Below, piece after piece: positions 55,471 to 64,000 of a DNA stretch of 64,000 nucleotides. Under the pieces are notes generated by a model, which worked only from the letters and a program-made list of their open reading frames with translations, searched no databases and was not told the DNA's origin. The first letter of the stretch is position 1. Each line of letters starts with the position of its first letter. The stretch is taken from assembly GCA_965242865.1 (NCBI GenBank), contig CBDETK010000013.1:3520001-3584000 (forward strand), in the 5' to 3' direction. The translations under genes and the position numbers were made by a program. The stretch comes from Candidatus Latescibacterota bacterium. Its GTDB lineage: Bacteria; Latescibacterota; UBA2968; UBA8231.

Positions 55471-57625
55471 TGTTCAGTTGAGCAGCCCCGCTTTGCGGAC
55501 CCTCGCACTTATCGGCAATCCCAACACCGGCAAGACCACGCTCTTTAACGCCCTGACCGGATTGTCCCAGCACGCCGGGAACTATCCGGGCGTCACGGTC
55601 GAGCACAAAGTGGGCACGGTGGCACTCGCTGGCGGGGAACCGCTCAAGCTGATCGACCTGCCCGGCACGTACAGCCTCGCGGCGCACTCGCCCGACGAGA
55701 TGCTGGCCATTGACGTGCTCTTGGGCCAACAGCAAGACGCGCCGCCCATCGATGGCATTTTGGCGGTCGTCGATGCCAGCAACCTGCGGCGCAATTTTTA
55801 CTTGGTTTCCCAACTCGCGGAAATAGGGTTGCCCTTGGTCGTGGCCCTCAATATGGAGGACATCGCCATTCGGCGCGGCATTCGCATCGACGCCCAGGCC
55901 TTGTCTGAAGCACTCGGCGCGCCCGTGGTGCCCATCTGCGCCCACCGCCGGCAGGGGCTCGCCGAGCTGGGGCGCGCCTTGGCGGCCTTGAGCGCAGACC
56001 CAGTGCCTGTGCGGGCGCGGCAGGTCGCTCTGCCCGACCCGCTCCAGCGCGCCACGGCCGAGCTGCAAGCCGCAGTCTCCGGGCCGCTCTCGCCCGTAGA
56101 GGCCCTGCGCGCGCTCGTGGACGAAGGCGGCTACGCCGAGCACCGCTTGTTGGCGTCCGCGGGCGCTGGGGCCGCCGACCGCTTGCACAGCCTGCGCGCG
56201 GCCGGCGCGACTTCCCTGTCCGCATTGGAAAGCAACGCCCGCTATGCTTGGATCGATGACCTGCTCGCACGGGCGATTTCCCAGCCCACGCGCCTACAGG
56301 GCCGCCGCTCGGACCGGGCCGACCGCATTCTCGCGCACCGCCTTTTCGGCACGGCGATTTTTGTGCTGATCAACGTCTTGGTCTTTGAAGCCATTTATAC
56401 GTGGTCGGGGCCGCTGATGGACGCCATTGACGCGCTCTTTGCCGCGGCTGGCGACCGCGTCGCCGCGCTCATCGCCCCTGGTGCCCTGCAAAGCCTCGTC
56501 GTCGATGGTCTGATTGCCGGCGTGGGCGGCGTCCTCATCTTCCTGCCTCAGATCGCCATCTTGTTCTTTTTTCTGGCCCTGCTAGAAGACAGCGGCTACA
56601 TGGCCCGCGCCGCGCTGTTGATGGACCGGCTGCTCACCCGCGTGGGGCTTTCTGGCACGGCCTTCATTCCCCTGCTGTCCAGCTTTGCCTGCGCCGTCCC
56701 GGGCATCATGGCCACCCGCACGATTGAAGACCGGCGCGACCGCTTCGCCACCATCTTGGTCGCGCCGCTGATGAGCTGCTCGGCGCGGCTGCCGGTGTAC
56801 GTGCTCTTCATCGGGACCTTTGTCCCCGAGCGCGCGCTGGGGGGTGGCATCATCGGCTTGCAGGCTCTGACCTTGTTCGCCTTCTACTGCCTCGGGGCAC
56901 TCGTCGCCATCCCGGTGGCTTGGTTGCTCAAGCGGACCTTGCTCCGCGGCGATCCCCCGCCCTTGCTGCTGGAGCTGCCTTCGTACAAGATGCCCGACCC
57001 GCGCACGGTCCTGCTTCGCGTGCATCACAGCAGTCGCGCCTTTGTCGTCCGCGCGGGCAGCCTCATCTTGGCGACGACGATTGTGATGTGGGCGCTGGCG
57101 TACTTCCCGCGCCCGGCCGAGGTGGTCGAGCGTCACCAAGTGGAGCGCCAAGCGGTCGCGCCCCAAGCCCTCGACGCCTTGGAAAAGCACCAAGCGGCCG
57201 AGTTGGTAGCAAACAGCTATCTCGGCCAAGCCGGGCACTGGGTCGCGCCGGCCGTGCGCCCCTTGGGCTGGGACTGGCGCATTGGCATGGCGGTCATCGC
57301 CTCTTTCCCGGCCCGCGAAGTCATCATCTCGGCCTTGGGCACCATCTACAGCCTCGGCGCCGGCGAGGACGAAGGCACTGAGAGCCTGCGGGCGACCTTG
57401 GCCGCGGCGACGTGGCCGGATGGCCGCCCGATTTACACCTTGGCGGTGGCGCTGTCGATCATGGTCTTCTTCGCCCTTTGCGCCCAGTGCCTATCGACCT
57501 TGGTGGTCATAAAAAAGGAGACCGGCTCCTATCGCTGGTCCCTGTTTAGCTTTGGCTATATGACGGCTCTCGCTTATGTCGGCGCGCTGGCGACCTACCA
57601 AGTCGGCACGGCATTGGGTTTTTGA
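55442..57625 (+). CDS. feoB: Ferrous iron transport protein B
   Basis: GNPNTGKTT, NYPGVTVE, DLPGTYSL, CAVPGIMATR, SCSARLPVY, ELP.Y. Confidence 0.96.
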   Translation: MRPPSASSPSVQLSSPALRTLALIGNPNTGKTTLFNALTGLSQHAGNYPGVTVEHKVGTVALAGGEPLKLIDLPGTYSLAAHSPDEMLAIDVLLGQQQDAPPIDGILAVVDASNLRRNFYLVSQLAEIGLPLVVALNMEDIAIRRGIRIDAQALSEALGAPVVPICAHRRQGLAELGRALAALSADPVPVRARQVALPDPLQRATAELQAAVSGPLSPVEALRALVDEGGYAEHRLLASAGAGAADRLHSLRAAGATSLSALESNARYAWIDDLLARAISQPTRLQGRRSDRADRILAHRLFGTAIFVLINVLVFEAIYTWSGPLMDAIDALFAAAGDRVAALIAPGALQSLVVDGLIAGVGGVLIFLPQIAILFFFLALLEDSGYMARAALLMDRLLTRVGLSGTAFIPLLSSFACAVPGIMATRTIEDRRDRFATILVAPLMSCSARLPVYVLFIGTFVPERALGGGIIGLQALTLFAFYCLGALVAIPVAWLLKRTLLRGDPPPLLLELPSYKMPDPRTVLLRVHHSSRAFVVRAGSLILATTIVMWALAYFPRPAEVVERHQVERQAVAPQALDALEKHQAAELVANSYLGQAGHWVAPAVRPLGWDWRIGMAVIASFPAREVIISALGTIYSLGAGEDEGTESLRATLAAATWPDGRPIYTLAVALSIMVFFALCAQCLSTLVVIKKETGSYRWSLFSFGYMTALAYVGALATYQVGTALGF

Positions 57626-57719
57626 ATCAGCGCGCTGGGCGCGGGCCATGGCGGCTTGCTCGGCGAGGGGCGGGCTGGGGATCCTCAAGGAACCGAACTT
57701 TTCCACTCCGGAATAAAAA

Positions 57720-58568
57720 ATGAACGCCGAAGTTTGGGGCCTCGTATTGACGGCCGCCATCGGCCACGCCCTGTGGAATTTCGCCGCCCGCAAGGCCGCG
57801 GGCGATGCGGCCGTAATCTGGCTCTCGGTCGTCGTGGGTGCGCTCGTCGCCGTCCTGCTTTGCGCCTACACGTGGTGGCAGGGCGCGCCGCCGCTCCTGT
57901 CGTGGCCAGGGGGCCTGTGCCTCCTGGCTACGGGCCTTACTCACGGGCTGTACTTTGCGCTGCTGGCCGAGGCGTACGAGCACGGCGAAATTTCCTTGGT
58001 CTATCCGGTCGCCCGCGGGTCGGGCGTGGGGCTGACGGCCCTCGTCGCGTGGCTGGCCTTGGGCGAAGACATTTCCCTGTTGGGCGCCAGCGGCATCGCC
58101 TTGGTCTTGGCGGGGATTTTCTGCTTGGGTGCCTCGGCCCTCAAGCACCAGACGCGCGGCTTGCGGCTGGCCTTGGGCGTGGGGCTGACGATTGTCTGCT
58201 ACTCGCTGGTCGATAAAATAGGCGTCGGGTACGTGCAGCCGCTCTACTACATCGCCGGCATGTGGCTGATCGGCACCCTCGTGCGCGCCCCTTGGGTCGT
58301 GCGCCGGTACGGGGCGGGGTTGCTGACGACGGCTCGCGTCCATTGGCAGGCCATCGCCCTGATCGGCGGGGCCTCGCTGGGCACGTATCTCCTGATTCTC
58401 CACGCCTATACCCAAGGGCCGGTCGGGTACATCGTCGCCGCACGCGAGTCGTCGGTCGTAATCGGCGCGCTGCTGGGCTGGATATTCCTCGAGGAGCGGC
58501 TCACCCCGCTCAAGGCAACCGGCCTCCTCGCCATCGTCGGGGGTTTGATGCTTATTAAGGCCAGCTAA
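57720..58568 (+). CDS. EamA/DMT-family transporter
   Basis: HA.WN, AY..G..SLVYP.ARG, Y..VDK, ARE.SV; about 10 TM helices. Confidence 0.88.
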   Translation: MNAEVWGLVLTAAIGHALWNFAARKAAGDAAVIWLSVVVGALVAVLLCAYTWWQGAPPLLSWPGGLCLLATGLTHGLYFALLAEAYEHGEISLVYPVARGSGVGLTALVAWLALGEDISLLGASGIALVLAGIFCLGASALKHQTRGLRLALGVGLTIVCYSLVDKIGVGYVQPLYYIAGMWLIGTLVRAPWVVRRYGAGLLTTARVHWQAIALIGGASLGTYLLILHAYTQGPVGYIVAARESSVVIGALLGWIFLEERLTPLKATGLLAIVGGLMLIKAS

Positions 58569-58569
58569 C

Positions 58570-59157
58570 ATGGACCCGCGCATCTTCCCCATCCACCCAC
58601 CGTCCGCGGCCCTGTTCGGCAAAGTGCTGGCCGCGTCTTTTGCCGCGACCACCGCCTTTTTTGCCGTGCTGACCTTCGCGCTCTACGCGGTCATTGACCC
58701 GGCTGGCCCGGTAGCCCAACTCGCCGCGCCCGTGGCCTTGGGCACGTCGTACGCGCTGATGCTGATCATATTCTTTTCGGTCCTCACTTGGTTTTACTTG
58801 AGCGCCCGCCGCACGGATTTCGCCTTGCTGGCCGAGCACCTCCTCATCCGCAACAGCGCCCACGGCAAGCACTTTGCCTATCACGAGCTAACGGTGGAGG
58901 AGGCCCGCGTCGTCGATTTGCCGGCCGCGCCCCAATATCGGCCCGGGCGCAAAATTTTTGCCATCAGCGCGTTCTTTTTTTACGGAGGGTCGTTTCATCT
59001 GCGCAGCAAGGAGAAGGCCCACGTTTTCTACACCGGGGCGTCGCACGCCGTGTATATTCCAACGCACGGCCCTTACGCTCTCTTGCTCGGCCCGGCCGAT
59101 CCTGCCGCGTTTTTGCACGCCTTGCGAGAAGCGGCGCACTGCCCATCGCACACCTAA
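58570..59157 (+). CDS. Membrane protein with a bacterial PH-like domain
   Basis: Two TM helices, then G.F.L....KA..F...V......Y..LL.P.DP..F. Confidence 0.6.
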   Translation: MDPRIFPIHPPSAALFGKVLAASFAATTAFFAVLTFALYAVIDPAGPVAQLAAPVALGTSYALMLIIFFSVLTWFYLSARRTDFALLAEHLLIRNSAHGKHFAYHELTVEEARVVDLPAAPQYRPGRKIFAISAFFFYGGSFHLRSKEKAHVFYTGASHAVYIPTHGPYALLLGPADPAAFLHALREAAHCPSHT

Positions 59158-59178
59158 CCTTTTTCCGCGGAGCTCGTC

Positions 59179-60192
59179 ATGGCCTATCACGTCTATGTTT
59201 CAAACTCGGGCAACAACTTTTTCTCTCATTTCCTCATGGACGAAGACAGCGGCGCGTTAGAGCCGCAGCCCAATATCGAGCTGGAGGACGCCCCCGGAGC
59301 GGTGGCCATGCACCCAGACGGGGGCGTGATGTTTGTGGCCCTGCGCGCCGCCAAACTACTGGTCAACTATGTGGTAGATCGGGAGAAGGGGACGCTCGTC
59401 AGGCTCTCGGAGACGGCCCTAGCCGAAGGCCCGCCTTATTTGTTTTTGGACAACACCTGCGCCTTTTTGTTGTCGTCGTACTACGGGTCGGGCCACGTCG
59501 GCGTTCACCGCGTGAGCGGCGGCGGCGTGCTCTCGGCCCAGCCGCTGCAAATGCTCCCCACCGCCGGGCATGCCCACAGCATCCAAACCGACCGCTCAAA
59601 CCGCTTTGCCTTTGTGCCGCACACCAACCCGGCCAACGCCATCTTTCAGTTTCGCTTTGACGAGCAAACCGGGCGGCTGACGCCCAACGACCCGCCCAAG
59701 GTACAACCGGCCACGCCCGAAGGCCCGCGCCACTTCGCCTTCCACCCGACCCGCGATCTCCTCTATTCGATCAACGAAAACGGCAGCACGATTTCGGCCC
59801 ACCGCTTTGACCCGGCGGCTGGGACCTTGTCGTCGTTTCAGGTCATTTCGACCTTGCCGGAGGGAGTTGCGGGCGAGGACAACACGACGGCCGAAATAAA
59901 GATCACACCCGACGGCCGGTTTCTCTACGGGTCCAATCGCGGCCACGATTCCTTGGCCCTGTTTGCCATTGGCAACGATGGGCGGCTGACGGCCAAAGGC
60001 CACTATCCCACCGAGGCCACGCCGCGCTTTTTTGAGTTGGATCCGAGCGGCCGCTTCGCCTACGCGGTCGGCCAAGGATCCGGGCGGCTCGCTTCGTATC
60101 GCCTTGACGCGGCTACCGGGGTGCTGACGCCCTTGGAGCAATGGGACGTAGGCGAAAGCCCGCTGTGGATCACCTTCGTCAAGCAGGCCTAG
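59179..60192 (+). CDS. 6-phosphogluconolactonase-family beta-propeller lactonase
   Basis: HAHS, GPRH..FHP, Q.ISTLP, Y.SNRGHDS, PR.F. Confidence 0.9.
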   Translation: MAYHVYVSNSGNNFFSHFLMDEDSGALEPQPNIELEDAPGAVAMHPDGGVMFVALRAAKLLVNYVVDREKGTLVRLSETALAEGPPYLFLDNTCAFLLSSYYGSGHVGVHRVSGGGVLSAQPLQMLPTAGHAHSIQTDRSNRFAFVPHTNPANAIFQFRFDEQTGRLTPNDPPKVQPATPEGPRHFAFHPTRDLLYSINENGSTISAHRFDPAAGTLSSFQVISTLPEGVAGEDNTTAEIKITPDGRFLYGSNRGHDSLALFAIGNDGRLTAKGHYPTEATPRFFELDPSGRFAYAVGQGSGRLASYRLDAATGVLTPLEQWDVGESPLWITFVKQA

Positions 60193-60289
60193 GGCGTTCA
60201 AGTACTAGCCAATTCTAGCGCACTGCGACACTTCTGACGCACTTGTTCTAGTCTAAGGTTAATGGCGGCAAGGGAAGGAGTGCAGCCCC

Positions 60290-61423
60290 CTACCAATTTG
60301 TATAGGAGCCATCATCGCGCCGATAGCCGGTGGGGGGGCCGTAGTCTTGGGTTGACGCGCTGGTGAGCGCGGCTTCGTTGAATTCAATGCCAAGGCCGGG
60401 GGCCTGAGGCGGCAAGAGGTAGCCCGCTTCAAACGGCACTTGCACCGGAAACTCATCCACTAGGGAAGACATGGGCGCCTGTGGAAGTTCCTGCACGCCG
60501 ACGAGGGAGGACGCCAAACACAGGTGCAGACAGGCGGCGGTGGAAACGGGACCGAGCGGGTTGTGGGGGGCCAGATGGATGTAATGGGTTTCGCACCACC
60601 CGGCAATTTTGCGGGCCTCAGTCAACCCACCGGCAATGCACAGATCAACGCGACAGTAGTCCATCAGGTCCTCCTCAATGACTTCGCGGAAGGTCCACTT
60701 GCTGTCAAATTGTTCGCCAACGGCCAGCGGGACGGAGGTCTGTTGGCGGAGCCGCCGGAGACTCGCCGGGTTTTCGCTCCGCAGCGGATCTTCAATGAAA
60801 AACGGATTGTAGGCGGCGACCCGGTTGCAGAAATCGAGGCTGTCCGCCGGATCGAGCCGGGTGTGTACATCCACTAGTATTTCGACGCGGTCGCCCAAGG
60901 CGTCGCGCACGGCCCGCACCTGCTCAACGCCGTGCTGAAGGGCGCGTCTGGGTTCAAACGTCCCGGTGTCGGCGTCATCGGCCAAGCCCCAGCGGACGAA
61001 TTTCCAACCGGCTGCCTGGGTTTTTCTACAGCTCTCGACGAGCGCGTCAATCCCGCCCCCGCCGTTGTGCGGATAGCAGACGACTTTGTCGCGCGTCCGT
61101 CCGCCCAACAGTTCGTACACCGGGACGTCGAGTGCTTTTCCCTTGATGTCCCAAAGTGCAATATCAACGGCACTCACGGCCGCGGCTTGGACGACGCCCC
61201 CGGGAAAGAAGGCCCCGCGGAACATCACTTGCCACAGGTGTTCCGTTTGGAACGGGTCTGCGCCGATGAGAAACGGCTCAAAAGAACGCACCACTTCGGC
61301 TAGGGCGAGGCCGCGCCGCCGCAAGCCCCCTTCGCCGAGGCCGTAGAGCCCAGCATCGGTTTCCACCTTGACAAAAAAATGGCCGCTCGCTGAGACAAAG
61401 GATTTGATCTGGGTGATTTTCAT
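60290..61423 (-). CDS. Mandelate racemase/galactonate dehydratase-like enolase-superfamily enzyme
   Basis: SAVDIALWDIKGK, DVH, FIEDP, GEQ, APHNP.GP. Confidence 0.9.
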   Translation of the reverse strand: MKITQIKSFVSASGHFFVKVETDAGLYGLGEGGLRRRGLALAEVVRSFEPFLIGADPFQTEHLWQVMFRGAFFPGGVVQAAAVSAVDIALWDIKGKALDVPVYELLGGRTRDKVVCYPHNGGGGIDALVESCRKTQAAGWKFVRWGLADDADTGTFEPRRALQHGVEQVRAVRDALGDRVEILVDVHTRLDPADSLDFCNRVAAYNPFFIEDPLRSENPASLRRLRQQTSVPLAVGEQFDSKWTFREVIEEDLMDYCRVDLCIAGGLTEARKIAGWCETHYIHLAPHNPLGPVSTAACLHLCLASSLVGVQELPQAPMSSLVDEFPVQVPFEAGYLLPPQAPGLGIEFNEAALTSASTQDYGPPTGYRRDDGSYTNW

Positions 61424-61457
61424 AAGTCCTCCATTCGCGTTTTGGGGTTGCAACGGC

Positions 61458-62351
61458 TCACTCTACCGGCCCGTAGTGCGACCCCCATTGGCGGGCCAGC
61501 GCTCGTCCTTCGGCTAGCAGTGCCTGCTGTTGGCCAGCATCCAACGGCGCGTAACGCCGCACCCATTCGATGTTCTGCACCAGCTCCTCCTCGTTATAGA
61601 CGCCAATGACCGCTATCTGTACTCCCGGCAAGCCCAAGGCGTAGCGCAGTGCGCGCTCGTGATCGTCAAAGCCGCTGTCGGCCAGCTGGGAGGCGCACGG
61701 CGTTTTGTACTGCATGTCAATGGCCCCGCCGTACACCTTCATCGCAGCGACGCCGGCATGCTGGGCTTGGGCCAAGGGCAAGACCAGCTCCTCAAAGTTG
61801 TAAATGTGGCAGTCGGCGAAACTGAGGGCGAACATGCAGGCGTCGATCTCGACCTCGCGCAGGACCTTGGCGGATTTCCACGGTGCGTGATGGGCGGTAA
61901 TGCCGACATAGCGGGTCCAACCGCGACGCTGCGCCTCGCGCAAGCCGGCGAGCGCGCCGTCTTTGGCCAGCACTTGTTCTACGTCCAAGTGGCCCAGCGA
62001 GTGGACGTACATCAGGTCCAAGTGGTCGGTGCCCAAGGCGTCCAAGTTCTTGGCGACGATGTCGAGGGCCTCCTCGTAGTGAGCCGTGTGAGCCTTGCTG
62101 ACCAAGAACAACTCGCGTCGGCAATGGGGGACGATCTGGGCGAGTTGGTGCTGGGCGCGCTCGTAGCCCGGGGCCGTGTCGATGTACGTGACACCCAACT
62201 CAATGGCCCGTTCAAAAAGCGCGATGGCGTCCGCGTCGGCTAGGCCCATGCCGCCGGGGGCCGTGCCCAAGCCGAGCAAGGGAACGCGCTCGCCGGTCTT
62301 GCCAAAAGTGGCTTGCGGCAGGGGGGCGATGTCGATAGATGTGGTCGTCAT
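61458..62351 (-). CDS. Aldo/keto reductase
   Basis: LGLGT, YIDTA..Y, LF..SK, LDL.YVH, AMK. Confidence 0.9.
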   Translation of the reverse strand: MTTTSIDIAPLPQATFGKTGERVPLLGLGTAPGGMGLADADAIALFERAIELGVTYIDTAPGYERAQHQLAQIVPHCRRELFLVSKAHTAHYEEALDIVAKNLDALGTDHLDLMYVHSLGHLDVEQVLAKDGALAGLREAQRRGWTRYVGITAHHAPWKSAKVLREVEIDACMFALSFADCHIYNFEELVLPLAQAQHAGVAAMKVYGGAIDMQYKTPCASQLADSGFDDHERALRYALGLPGVQIAVIGVYNEEELVQNIEWVRRYAPLDAGQQQALLAEGRALARQWGSHYGPVE

Positions 62352-62503
62352 GATGGCTACTCCCTCGCTTGGGTAGATGAGTACTTAAAAGCGAATCTAA
62401 CCAAACGACGCCCGAGGAACAGGGCGCGCTTTGCCCGCCAGCCGCCGTTTGGTAGGTTAGACCGACGAATTGCACCAATAAAATCAAACGCGAGGAGGAC
62501 GTT

Positions 62504-62866
62504 TTGGTCATTCGCAACTGGCGCGATGTAACGCCCGTCGTCGGGCACCACTCCAAACTGATCTGGTCCATTTTTCGCGCTCAGAGTGCCGAAGGGCTCG
62601 ACGAGCGCGAGGCCGTACTCGAGGGATTTTCCGGCCTGACGCTCCATCGTCTGCAAGGGGGGCTGGAGGGCGATTACCACGAGCACGAGGCCACTGAGCA
62701 GGTGTACTACTTCCTCAGCGGCCAAGGGCGGATGAGAATCGACGGGGAGCTGTACGAGGTGCGCGAAGGCGACGCGGTACACATTCCGCCGAAGGTCAAG
62801 CACCAGCTTTGCAACACAGGGGACGATTGGATCGAGCACTTGATCATCAGTGCCGAGGTCGCTTAG
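62504..62866 (+). CDS. Cupin-domain protein
   Basis: HEH...EQVYY.L.G.G...GDAVHIPP...H. Confidence 0.85.
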   Translation: MVIRNWRDVTPVVGHHSKLIWSIFRAQSAEGLDEREAVLEGFSGLTLHRLQGGLEGDYHEHEATEQVYYFLSGQGRMRIDGELYEVREGDAVHIPPKVKHQLCNTGDDWIEHLIISAEVA

Positions 62867-62888
62867 CCGTTGACGCGGAGGTTAGGCA

Positions 62889-63824
62889 TTGCTGGCAACT
62901 CCCCTGATTTTAGACGTCGATACGGGCGTTGACGACGCCCTCGCCCTGCTTTTGGCCCTGTCCTCGCCCGAGGTCGAGTTGGTCGGCGTCTCTACGGTCG
63001 CCGGCAATGTGCCGCTACAGCAGACGACCGACAACACCCTGCGCCTGTTGCAGTGGGCCGGGCGGGACGACGTGCGCGTGTACCCCGGGTCCGAGCACCC
63101 CTTAGAGCGGAGCGCGGTCACCGCGACTCACGTCCACGGCGTCACCGGGCTGGGCGCGGCCCAGCTCCCCGAGGCGCGTACCTCGCCAGCGGGCGACGGC
63201 GTGGAATTTCTGCTGAACACCTTGCAAGCACACCCCGGGGAAGTGTCCCTCGTCGCGACCGGGCCGTTGACCAACTTGGCGCGGGCCGAGGCGCGGGTGC
63301 CGGGCGCGCTACGGCAGGCACGTCAAGTGGTGATCATGGGCGGGGCCGGGCGCGGCCCGGGCAATGCCACGCCCACGGCCGAGTTCAATTTCTACGCCGA
63401 CCCGCATGCCGCACGCCAAGTCCTCGCGTCCGGGGCCGAGCTGGTGTTGGTGGGGCTGGACGTCACCGGGCAGGTCGAGCTCGCGCTGGCCGATTTGCAA
63501 GCTCGCCCCGGGGAGTGGGCGGCGTTTTGCCGGGCAGCGTGTGAGCCGGTGATGACCTTTGAGGCCGAGCGCTGCGGGTTTGCTGGCATGCGCTTGCACG
63601 ATCCCGTGGCCTTGGGCGCGGCCCTGTGGCCACAGCTTTTTCGCACGCAGCCATTGTGGGTAGATGTGGAGACCAGCGGAGAACTAACCGCCGGGCAGTT
63701 GGTGGTTGACCAGCGCACCTTGGCGAGCGACCAACAGCGGCAGGGGCGGCCCGTAGCGTGTGCAATGGATGTGGATCGAGCGCGCTTTCTCGAGCTATTC
63801 ACCGCACGGGTATTGACGCCCTAG
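62889..63824 (+). CDS. Inosine/uridine-preferring nucleoside hydrolase
   Basis: DVDTGVDDA, HG..GLG, GPLTNLA, AEFNFY.DP.AA, LHDP. Confidence 0.93.
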   Translation: MLATPLILDVDTGVDDALALLLALSSPEVELVGVSTVAGNVPLQQTTDNTLRLLQWAGRDDVRVYPGSEHPLERSAVTATHVHGVTGLGAAQLPEARTSPAGDGVEFLLNTLQAHPGEVSLVATGPLTNLARAEARVPGALRQARQVVIMGGAGRGPGNATPTAEFNFYADPHAARQVLASGAELVLVGLDVTGQVELALADLQARPGEWAAFCRAACEPVMTFEAERCGFAGMRLHDPVALGAALWPQLFRTQPLWVDVETSGELTAGQLVVDQRTLASDQQRQGRPVACAMDVDRARFLELFTARVLTP

Positions 63825-63943
63825 GTTGGGACGAACTAGGCGATTTAGACTGCAAGCAAAAAGTAGATTTTTCATTGACGCGGCTCTATCTCGTCCTGTA
63901 TGTTCACAGTACCTTCCGACCCCAAACGAAAGGAGAACGACGT

Positions 63944-64000
63944 ATGGCTACCATACCTCTAACTATTGAAGAGCGTCTAGCAAGGCTCGAAGGCGTGTAC
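63944..64000 (+). CDS. Start of a gene truncated by the window edge (MATIPLTIEERLARLEGVY...)
   Basis: Strong AAAGGAG RBS; upstream TTGACG-N18-TATGTT. Confidence 0.55.
   Translation, partial: MATIPLTIEERLARLEGVY

Overview
GC-rich bacterial window. A C-terminal TAVEAASWGQIK tail, TPR/TMTC and GT22 genes and an ankyrin-coding spacer hint weakly at a Latescibacterota-like, possibly host-associated organism; this is inference only. The window holds a complete type I-C CRISPR-Cas locus on the minus strand (cas3-cas5-cas8c-cas7-cas4-cas1-cas2, leader, 41 copies of a 37-bp repeat). Unusually, degenerate CRISPR repeats sit directly on the cas4 and cas1 start codons, and one spacer contains the 3' end of a CRISPR repeat. 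It also holds a small AT-rich toxin-antitoxin remnant islet and housekeeping genes (murA, anmK, feoAB, M16C peptidase, transporters, sugar-acid enzymes). The best candidate for an undescribed system is a lower-GC island of about 8.4 kb just after tRNA-Phe, bounded by two copies of the same terminator-like hairpin. It encodes a PAPS-reductase/PP-loop-like protein, a cysteine desulfurase, a GHKL ATPase, two unknown proteins and a DUF262-HNH (GmrSD/SspE-like) nuclease. This looks like a sulfur-based DNA modification/restriction defence system whose gene set differs from Dnd, Ssp and BREX type 4. All calls come from reading motifs by eye; no database searches were run.
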